From: Thermoproteota archaeon
GTDB lineage: Archaea; Korarchaeota; Korarchaeia; Korarchaeales; Korarchaeaceae
Reading direction: 5' to 3'
DNA length: 14,181 bases
NCBI GenBank assembly: GCA_037917625.1
Contig: JAVCBY010000064.1
Span: 1-14,181 of the forward strand
A program made the translations under genes and the position numbers. Positions 7,644 through 14,181 of this stretch are shown piece by piece. Position 1 is the stretch's first letter. Each line of letters starts with the position of its first letter. The notes below the pieces were generated by a model that did no database searches, was not told the origin of the DNA, and saw only the letters and a list, made by a program, of their open reading frames with translations.

Positions 7644-8390
7644 TCAGAGGGGGGTCCTGACTAGAGCTTTCAAGACTCCTTTAGCTACTTTCAGTTCTAG
7701 CCTCCTCCTCTCCTCCTTTTCACTCAGAAATTCGCCTGTGGCTAGGTTATCTATCACTAGCAAAGCTGCCCCAGCCCTCATTCCCCTGAGCCTAGCTACC
7801 GTGAATATTGTAGCGCACTCCATCTCGACTGCTATCATGCCTAGAGAGCTCCATAGAGGCAAGTTCGATTCCTCAGCATGGAAGGAGTCACTAGAAGCTA
7901 CTAATCCCATCCAAACATTGAAGTTCTCCTCTATCAAGGCTTTCTTAAGTTCCAGGGTGGCTTCGGGGTCTGCGACCGCTGGGTAGCATATACTGGGAGC
8001 GTACATCCCGACGGTCCCCCCGGGGCAGTAAGAGGCTCCTAAGGCTACGACCACATCCCCCACCTTCAGGTCCTCCATTAACCCTCCTGAAGTCCCCAGC
8101 CTCAGTATGAGCTTCCCTCCGAGCATCCTCAACTCCTCAACTGTTATGGCTGCTGAAGGCCCCCCTATGCCGTGCGTAGCTACAGTGACTCTCACGCCCT
8201 CGAAGAAGCCTGTGTAAGTATTGAAGCCCCTGTTACTATTGACTAACTTAGCATCTTCGATCAACTCTTCAGCTATCAGATCGGCCCTCTTCGGATCCCC
8301 TACAGCTACTATACGCTCAGCTATGTCCCCGGGCTCCGCTAGTATGTGATATGGCTTCTTAGCTAGCTCATGCTTAGAGATCTTGAGCAC
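7644..8390 (-). CDS. Hexameric-type purine nucleoside / 5'-methylthioadenosine phosphorylase (PNP/UDP family)
   Basis: PYHILA..GDIAERIVAVGDPKRA, NRGFNTYTG, ATHGIGGPSAAI..EEL, SSDSFHAE and AVEMECATIF closely follow the Sulfolobus hexameric MTAP/PNP pattern. Confidence 0.88.
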   Translation of the reverse strand: MLKISKHELAKKPYHILAEPGDIAERIVAVGDPKRADLIAEELIEDAKLVNSNRGFNTYTGFFEGVRVTVATHGIGGPSAAITVEELRMLGGKLILRLGTSGGLMEDLKVGDVVVALGASYCPGGTVGMYAPSICYPAVADPEATLELKKALIEENFNVWMGLVASSDSFHAEESNLPLWSSLGMIAVEMECATIFTVARLRGMRAGAALLVIDNLATGEFLSEKEERRRLELKVAKGVLKALVRTPL

Positions 8391-8510
8391 GATCCAAATA
8401 ATGAGGGATCTATATTAATGTTTCGCGAGCCGCCTCAGTGCAGCTGCCGGTCGGAGATCTCCAGATGCTATGGGGAAAAGTAAATAAATGGGGAGGAGGT
8501 GGTGTTCCTT

Positions 8511-8936
8511 ATGGGTATCGAGGATTTCATGAGGAGTGAGAACGTCATAGCAGTCGTCGGAGTATCTAGAAACCCTGAGAAGTGGGGTCACAAGCTCTAT
8601 AAATTCTTCAAGGGGAAGTACAAGAGAGTATATCCTATAAACCCTATGGTGGAGGAGATAGATGGAGATAAGGTTTATCCTAACTTGAGGAGCCTCCCGG
8701 AGGTCCCTGATGTCGTGGATATAGTGGTCCCACCTGACGTAGCCAGGGAGGTGGTGAGGGAAGCTATAGAAGTGGGGGTGAAGCGCATCTGGTTCCAACC
8801 GGGGTCTGAGGATGAAGAAGCGATAAAGATGTGTGAGGAAGCTGGTATAGAAGCTATATGGGGAGCATGCTTAATGGAGACTATAATTAAGGGATCTCCG
8901 AAGATGGGGGCTGTCTTCTCCCCAGGTAGTGGCTGA
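8511..8936 (+). CDS. CoA-binding domain protein (YccU-like)
   Basis: IAVVGVSRNPEKWG, VYPINP, PDVVDIVVPP, IWFQPG and terminal ACL are family motifs. SD GGAGGTG at 8495-8501 favours ATG 8511; the ORF opens at GTG 8499. Confidence 0.9.
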   Translation: MGIEDFMRSENVIAVVGVSRNPEKWGHKLYKFFKGKYKRVYPINPMVEEIDGDKVYPNLRSLPEVPDVVDIVVPPDVAREVVREAIEVGVKRIWFQPGSEDEEAIKMCEEAGIEAIWGACLMETIIKGSPKMGAVFSPGSG

Positions 8937-9446
8937 TCGAGGAGAGTAAGGAGAGAGCTAGCACAGAATACCGAGAGCTTCAGCTACTGCTGCGGATGGC
9001 CAACCTGAGTTAGATCTACAGTTGGAGCTATTGTCGGGGAGAGCTGATGGTATTAATATCAATTCCCTAATCGCCCAGTGATATAGCGCCTAGAGTGGAG
9101 AATCCCCAGAAGGATTGTAAGAAGAAACATGTCGATACGAAATTATGGGGCCTCGTACCCCCTGGGAAGAGGCCTGAGCTAGGAGTATGCTGTCATCAGG
9201 AGCCCTGAGGAGAGGGCCTCGAGCTTGGAGGAGACCCCGTAGATTTACGGAGTACAGCATGAGGAATATAGAGGAAGCTATGAGGCCCCCGTTGTAGAGC
9301 CAGGGGAATCTAGCTCTCTCAACTCCGAAATCGCTAAAGCATCCCTCCAGAAGTCGAACCAGGGATTGAGGGTCCAGCAGAGGGCTATAGTCATCAAAGC
9401 TATCGAGAGGGATATTATACCGGATAAGAGGAGCTTAATAACTCAT
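8887..9446 (-). pseudogene. DUF998-family membrane protein gene shattered by about 9 frameshifts (absent from the ORF track)
   Basis: Successive frames read LCWTLNPWFDFWRDA (ends 9338), SDFGVERARFPWLYNGGLI (from 9335), YGVSSKLEALSSGLLMTA (from 9241), GLFPGGTRPHNFVSTCFF (from 9174), WPSAAVAEALGI (from 9002) and VLALSLLSS...EIP* (stop at 8887). These match my recollection of the archaeal DUF998 motifs NPWF..SDxG, YNxGL, GxFP..PH and WPSxA..E. Confidence 0.75.
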
Positions 9447-9468
9447 CACCCCATTGAGTGCTATCAGT

Positions 9469-10389
9469 TCAGATCTCCATTGATGGCAGTTCCACTTGAG
9501 ATGCTGAGAGGTTGCTCTCGAGCTGCTCCACGCTCTTGGCCCCGGGGATCGCTATGACCCCCTCCTTCCTTATCACCCAAGCTAGAGCCAATTGAGCCAG
9601 CGTCAACCCCATCTCACTAGCTCTCGCCTTCAGCCTCTCTATATAGGCCCAATCCACCCTGCCGTAATTCAAGGCCCAATCCACCCTGCCGTAAGATAGA
9701 GCTAAGAATATCCTCCTCTGTAAGTTCTTAGGGCCCCTCCCAGGCCCGTACTTCCCGGTTAAGAGCCCTTGAGCTAGGGGGCTGTAAGCTATCACGCTGA
9801 TCCCCTCCCTGAGGCAGTGAGGTATCACATCTAGCTCAGCCTTCCTCTTGAGGAGATTATACTCTATTTGATTCGAGACCAAATCCACTCTACTCAAGTA
9901 ACTCCTAGCCCTCTCGAGCTGCTCCACGGAGAAGTTACTAACGCCTATCCCACCTATCCTCCCCTCCTCTACCTCCCTCTCGAGAGCCCTCAAGGCCCCT
10001 TTGAGCGGGAATATGGGGCTGGGCCAGTGGATCTGATATAGGTCTATCCTGCTAACTCCCAACCTCCTCATGCTTCCCCTCAGGGCTTTTATCACTTGAT
10101 GAGGGGTGAGCCTCCAGGGATATGGGAACACTTTAGTAGCTAGCACCACCTCATCCCTATCCAAGCCCTTGAGGGCTCTACCTATGATCCTCTCGGATCT
10201 ACCACTCCCGTATATCTCTGCAGTATCTATAAGGTTTATCCCGAGCTCGATAGCCCTCCTAATTATCTTAATGGCTCCATCCTCATCCAGTTCCTTCCCC
10301 CATCCCCAATAACTCGACCCGAATTGCCAAGTCCCCAAGCCTATCTTAGATACCTTGATAGGAGTCCTACCCAATCTCTCGTACTTCAA
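9469..10389 (-). CDS. Aldo/keto reductase
   Basis: IGLGTWQFG, DTAEIYG (catalytic D and Y), ATK (K), DLYQIHWP (H), GVSNF, YSPLAQGLLTGKY and IPGAK. TTG start. Carries a 9-aa internal duplication, and the C-terminus may be a few codons short. Confidence 0.93.
   Translation of the reverse strand: MKYERLGRTPIKVSKIGLGTWQFGSSYWGWGKELDEDGAIKIIRRAIELGINLIDTAEIYGSGRSERIIGRALKGLDRDEVVLATKVFPYPWRLTPHQVIKALRGSMRRLGVSRIDLYQIHWPSPIFPLKGALRALEREVEEGRIGGIGVSNFSVEQLERARSYLSRVDLVSNQIEYNLLKRKAELDVIPHCLREGISVIAYSPLAQGLLTGKYGPGRGPKNLQRRIFLALSYGRVDWALNYGRVDWAYIERLKARASEMGLTLAQLALAWVIRKEGVIAIPGAKSVEQLESNLSASQVELPSMEI
9645..9694. repeat. 23-bp perfect direct repeat with a 27-bp period inside the aldo/keto reductase
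   Basis: AGGCCCAATCCACCCTGCCGTAA at 9645-9667 and 9672-9694, separated by TTCA. The protein reads ALSYGRVDW-ALNYGRVDW-A. Confidence 0.95.
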
Positions 10390-10439
10390 GCCCCTCCCCC
10401 GAGCTCATATATCACGTGCTCTCAACTTCCTCTAGGGAC

Positions 10440-10448
10440 TTTTTAAAA
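10440..10448 (+). promoter_or_regulatory. Putative TATA box for the M20 gene (leaderless)
   Basis: TTTTTAAAA lies 21 nt upstream of ATG 10470, in the divergent intergenic region. Confidence 0.4.
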
Positions 10449-10469
10449 TTTACCCTGAATTAGGGGCTT

Positions 10470-11555
10470 ATGAGCGTCATCAAGTTCCTGAGCGATTTAG
10501 TTAAGGAACCTAGCCTCTCGGGGGAGGAGGGAGGGGTGGCGTCTATCATCAGAGAGGAGATTTCGAAGTTAGGAGTGGATGAAGTGAGGATAGATCGCGT
10601 TGGGAATGTGATAGCTAGGATCGAGAGATCTGGAGATTTCTTAATCCTTCTAGATGCTCACATGGATACTGTCCCAGCTGGGGATAGGAAAGCTTGGAGG
10701 AAGGACCCTTTCTCCGGGGAGATAGTGAATGGTCATGTCTACGGGAGGGGCTCAGTCGATACTAAGGGCAGCTTAGCTGCGATGGTGCACTCAATCCCCT
10801 TGTTGAGTGAGAGAGGCCCTGATCTCGTTTACGCTTTCGTAGTACATGAGGAGGATCATGAAGGCTTCGGTGTCCGTCATGCGATGAATTCCATAGGGAG
10901 GAGACCTGATCTCGTCATAATAGGTGAGCCTACTTCTTTGAATATCGCTAGAGGGCACAGGGGGAGGGCAGAAGTATTAGTGGAGTTTCGTGGAAGGACA
11001 GCTCACTCCAGCATGCCTGAGCTGGGGGTCAATTGCTTGGATGAATTATGCGAGTACTTGAGGGGGCTCAATAAGATTGAGATGCCCTCCCATCCCCTAT
11101 TGGGATCTGCTTCAGTTAGCCCGATAAGAGTGGATGTGAGCCCGGGCTTAATACCGATGATACCCGATTATTGCGCCCTCTTACTCGATAGGAGGACGCT
11201 ACCCGGGGAGAGAAAGAGCGATATAGAGGAGCAATTGAGAGGGAAGATAGTTAGGAAGATCGTGAAGTGCTACACAGGATATGAGGAGGAAGCTGAAGCT
11301 TGGTTCCCCGCTTGGATAAATGAGGAACCTCTCGTAAATAGATTGGCCTCGGAGCTGGAAGTAGATGTGATACTCTGGAGGTTCGGGACCGATGGCTCTC
11401 ACACAGCTGGTGAAACTGGGATCAGTACTATAGGCTACGGACCCGGGGATCAGGAAGTTGCTCACAGGCCTGATGAGATGATAAGGATAGATGAAGTCGA
11501 GAGAGCTGTCAAGGGATACGCTAGGATAGTCAATTCCCTCCCATATGAATTTTAA
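10470..11555 (+). CDS. M20/ArgE/DapE-family metallohydrolase, YgeY-like
   Basis: LLDAHMDTVP, YGRGSVDTKG, VHEEDHEG, IGEPT..IARGHRGR, AHSSMPELG, WRFGTDG and GYGPG...AHRPDE. Confidence 0.88.
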   Translation: MSVIKFLSDLVKEPSLSGEEGGVASIIREEISKLGVDEVRIDRVGNVIARIERSGDFLILLDAHMDTVPAGDRKAWRKDPFSGEIVNGHVYGRGSVDTKGSLAAMVHSIPLLSERGPDLVYAFVVHEEDHEGFGVRHAMNSIGRRPDLVIIGEPTSLNIARGHRGRAEVLVEFRGRTAHSSMPELGVNCLDELCEYLRGLNKIEMPSHPLLGSASVSPIRVDVSPGLIPMIPDYCALLLDRRTLPGERKSDIEEQLRGKIVRKIVKCYTGYEEEAEAWFPAWINEEPLVNRLASELEVDVILWRFGTDGSHTAGETGISTIGYGPGDQEVAHRPDEMIRIDEVERAVKGYARIVNSLPYEF

Positions 11556-11576
11556 ATCTTCCCAGATATATAGAGT

Positions 11577-13196
11577 GTGCTCTTCAAGGATCTCGCTGAA
11601 CTAGCGATGAGGATAGCCTCTAAATCATCTAGGAAGGATAAAGTCGCCCTAGTCTCAGATCTCATAAGGAAGGCTGATCCTGAGGAAGCTTACAAGGCCT
11701 TACTCATCCTCACGGGTAAGATCTTCCCCCCATCGGATCCCAGGGAGCTTAATGTATCCTGGGCTACCTTATGGAAGGTCGTCTCATCCCTCTCCAATGG
11801 AGCTGAGCCCGCGGGGGTTGATGCAGGGGAGCTCATTAGATCTCTAATTGAGCAGAGGAGCAAGAAGCAGACTGCCCTCCTGGAGGAGCCTCTAACAGTT
11901 GAGGGGGTCTATAAGATACTTGAAGCTATATCCGAAGTTGAGGGACCCGGATCGAAGGGAAAGAGGGAGGCTATGCTCAGTATATTCTCGAGGGCGGATC
12001 CATCTGAAGCTTGGCTCTTAGCTAATGCTATAATTGGGGAGACGAGACTTGGGCTCAATGAGGGGCTCCTGATCGAATCTATAGCTCAAGCTTACGGTTT
12101 GAGGAGGGAAGATGTCGAGAGGGCCGTCATGGTGATGGGGGATCCTTATGAGATAATCAGGAGGGGAGGGAGGTTGGAGTTTGAGCCAGTATTATTCAGG
12201 CCCCTGAAACCAATGTTAGCTCAATCGTGCGAGAGCGTTGAAGCTGCGATAGAGGAACTGGGGAGATGCTCTCTGGAGTACAAGCTGGATGGTGTCAGAG
12301 TTCAAGTGCATAAGAGGGGGGATCATGTCAGGTTCTTCAGCAGGAGGATGAGTGACATAACGAGGAGCTTGCCTGAGGTCTCTGAGCAAGTTAGAGCTGG
12401 GGTGAGAGCTGAGGAAGCTATCCTCGAGGGCGAGCTAATAGCTGAAAGAGATGGAAGGCCCCTACCATTCCAAACACTAATTAGGAGGTTCAAGAGAAGC
12501 AGATTGGATCTTAGACTGATTAAGGAGATACCTCTGAAGCTTTATGTCTTCGATTTAATCCTCCTGAACGGCTCCAGCTATCTCAGGAGGCCTTATTTGG
12601 AGAGGAGGGAGGAGCTAGAGGGTATGATCGATGATCCAGTCTCCATAGTGAGATCCATTGTTACATCGGATCCTGATGAGGGCGTGAAGTTCATGAATGA
12701 AGCCCTTAGGGAGGGGCATGAAGGTATAATCGCTAAGAAGCTGAACTCCCCCTACATACCTGGAGTCAGAGGCAGGCACTGGCTCAAGGTGAAGGAAGCT
12801 AATTCGCTAGATCTCGTCATAGTAGCAGCTGAGAGAGGGTATGGGAGGAGGCACCTCTGGTACAGCGATTACTATCTAGCTGCTAGAGATGATGCGAGCG
12901 GGGAGTTCTTGATAGTGGGTAAGACTTTTAAGGGGCTGACGGATGAGGAATTTGAGTGGATCACTGAGAAACTTGAGGAAATAGCGATAAAGAAGGAGGG
13001 GAAGCTCATTTACGTGAAACCGAAGATAGTTGTTGAAGTGAGCTTCAATGAGGTTCAGAGGAGCCCTAAGTATAGGAGCGGTTTCGCCCTGAGGTTCGCT
13101 CGGATAACTAGGATAAGATATGATAAAGGCCCTGAGGAAGCTGACACAATAGATAAAGTGAGGGAGATCTATGAGAAGCAAATCAGGAAACTTTAA
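11577..13196 (+). CDS. lig: ATP-dependent DNA ligase (DNA-binding, adenylation and OB domains)
   Basis: Motif I EYKLDGVR, III ILEGE, IIIa YVFD, IV EGIIAK, V WLKVK and VI LRFARITRIRYDK. The N-terminal DNA-binding domain ends in PLKPMLA. A TATA-like TTTTAAAT lies at 11550-11557. Confidence 0.96.
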   Translation: MLFKDLAELAMRIASKSSRKDKVALVSDLIRKADPEEAYKALLILTGKIFPPSDPRELNVSWATLWKVVSSLSNGAEPAGVDAGELIRSLIEQRSKKQTALLEEPLTVEGVYKILEAISEVEGPGSKGKREAMLSIFSRADPSEAWLLANAIIGETRLGLNEGLLIESIAQAYGLRREDVERAVMVMGDPYEIIRRGGRLEFEPVLFRPLKPMLAQSCESVEAAIEELGRCSLEYKLDGVRVQVHKRGDHVRFFSRRMSDITRSLPEVSEQVRAGVRAEEAILEGELIAERDGRPLPFQTLIRRFKRSRLDLRLIKEIPLKLYVFDLILLNGSSYLRRPYLERREELEGMIDDPVSIVRSIVTSDPDEGVKFMNEALREGHEGIIAKKLNSPYIPGVRGRHWLKVKEANSLDLVIVAAERGYGRRHLWYSDYYLAARDDASGEFLIVGKTFKGLTDEEFEWITEKLEEIAIKKEGKLIYVKPKIVVEVSFNEVQRSPKYRSGFALRFARITRIRYDKGPEEADTIDKVREIYEKQIRKL

Positions 13197-13223
13197 TTTT
13201 TATCATACTTTAATTTTATCATA
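13191..13223. repeat. Tandem duplication of a 16-17-bp AT-rich unit spanning the ligase stop codon
   Basis: CTTTAATTTTTATCATA (13191-13207) is immediately followed by CTTTAATTTTATCATA (13208-13223); the copies differ by one T. Confidence 0.85.
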
Positions 13224-13236
13224 GATTACATTCGAT

Positions 13237-14027
13237 GTGAGGGATAACGAGCTATACTTCATGAGGCTAGATTTACCTGAGGAGCTCTCCGATCTGATAA
13301 AGAGGGGGCTCTTATCTGAGGCTGAGGAGCTCCTTAAAGGGCTCATAAAAGGGGCTGAAGGTGATTACAGGAGGAGGCTCGAGTTCGAGCTAGATAGATT
13401 GAGGAGATGGGCCATAGAGTATCCATACACTGAACTAGAGGCTTATGAGATTGCAAGTAAGAAGATAAGGGATCTAAGCCGAGAGGAATTTCGAGAGCTC
13501 ATATCTTCAGGTTGTGTCGATCATATAACTCTAGATGGTGACATCAGGATCTATAAGAGGTTCCTCCCGAACATGATGTGGCTCTGCCCTAGCCTAAAGG
13601 ATAGATCACTCGAGCAAGAGGATGAGAGGAGAGTAAGAGCGAAGGAAGCGTTATCGAAAAGAGCGAGGGAGGTAATGGAATCTAGAGCTGAGCCCCTCAT
13701 CTTTAAGTTCAGGGCTGAGCTCACCTTAAGGGCTGTGCCTAAGGGGGAGAGATTTAGGGCTTGGCTCCCGGTCCCTAGGGTAAGTGCTCTCCACCCCGAG
13801 GTTAAGATAGTCTCAAGCAGCGAGCCTTACGTCTCTGATGAGATGCACCCTCAGAGGACCGCTTACTTCGAGTTGACAGCTAGTGGATCTGATGATAGGG
13901 TCTGATAGAGTACGAAGTTGTCTCCGTGCCTCGACGTCCGATGGAGGAGGTATCGGATGACCTGAGGGAGCTAGATGGGAAGCCTGAAGCCAAGCATGAG
14001 GAGGAGAGGCTATTTGGAAGTAGCTAG
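13237..14027 (+). pseudogene. Transglutaminase-like domain protein, N-terminal half only; frameshifted near 13903, catalytic domain not seen
   Basis: LPEEL...RLEFELDRLRRWAIEYPYT..EA, RAWLPVP and PQRTAYFE resemble the N-terminal part of prokaryotic transglutaminase-like proteins. GTC TG ATA GAG TAC reads V(W)IEYEVVS if one G is restored, and that frame closes at 14027 with no Cys-His-Asp core. Confidence 0.65.
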
Positions 14028-14181
14028 GCCAGCGGAATTCGAGAGAATAGTGAGAGAGATAGAGGAGGAAACTTACGCACATCCGCAATTCTGGCCTAGA
14101 TAATGGGGACTTCCAGAATATTGATGGCAGCGAATAGACTCGGTATACTGCCAGGCAATCACTTCAAGGAGCAATTACTAG
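13975..14181 (+). pseudogene. Possible fragment(s) of a different gene, weakly PIN/DUF3368-like
   Basis: A 42-aa ORF at 13975-14103 (MGSLKPSMRRRGYLEVARPAEFERIVREIEEETYAHPQFWPR) overlaps by TAATG with a frame reading MGTSRILMAANRLGILPGNHFKEQLL to the window end. The latter recalls the GTxxILxxAxxxGxI motif of DUF3368. Confidence 0.25.

Noticed and set aside
8420..8470. Short palindromes (TCGCGA, GCAGCTGC, GGAGATCTCC) in a GC-rich intergenic patch
   Set aside because: Too short to distinguish from chance in a sequence rich in AGCT and GATC words, with no larger fold evident.
9366..9557. 63-aa plus-strand ORF
   Set aside because: It is antisense to the aldo/keto reductase end and the DUF998 pseudogene start.
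9645..9694. 23-bp direct repeat as a CRISPR mini-array or att site
   Set aside because: Only two copies with a 4-nt gap, inside a coding frame, and no cas or integrase genes are present.
1..14181. tRNA, rRNA, C/D-box sRNA, known riboswitch or transposase
   Set aside because: By eye I found no cloverleaf, paired C and D boxes, riboswitch consensus or transposase motif. A covariance-model search was not possible.

Overview
Gene-dense window of about 48% GC from an archaeon. TATA-box promoters, GGTGA Shine-Dalgarno sites, a UPF0282 gene and an SsMTAP-like phosphorylase point to Archaea. The codon style suggests a thermophile such as Korarchaeota, but that is inference only. Intact genes: the end of a polar amino-acid ABC transporter (ATPase plus permease), a secreted and membrane-anchored Ig-like/PKD surface protein, a creatininase-family amidohydrolase, an ECF S+T pair with no adjacent ATPase, an Acr3 arsenite exporter, a UPF0282 MBL-fold hydrolase, a purine/MTA nucleoside phosphorylase, a CoA-binding protein, an aldo/keto reductase, a YgeY-like M20 hydrolase and an ATP-dependent DNA ligase with LigB-like motifs. 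The most unusual signal is patchy damage by small indels. Three genes are broken: an agmatinase (3 frameshifts), a DUF998 membrane-protein gene absent from the ORF track (about 9 frameshifts) and a transglutaminase-like gene (frameshifted and truncated). All neighbouring genes stay open, and there are two short tandem duplications. This could be real indel-biased decay or local assembly error; only the reads can tell. No CRISPR array, tRNA, rRNA or recognisable transposase was found, and I cannot support a confirmed new system.
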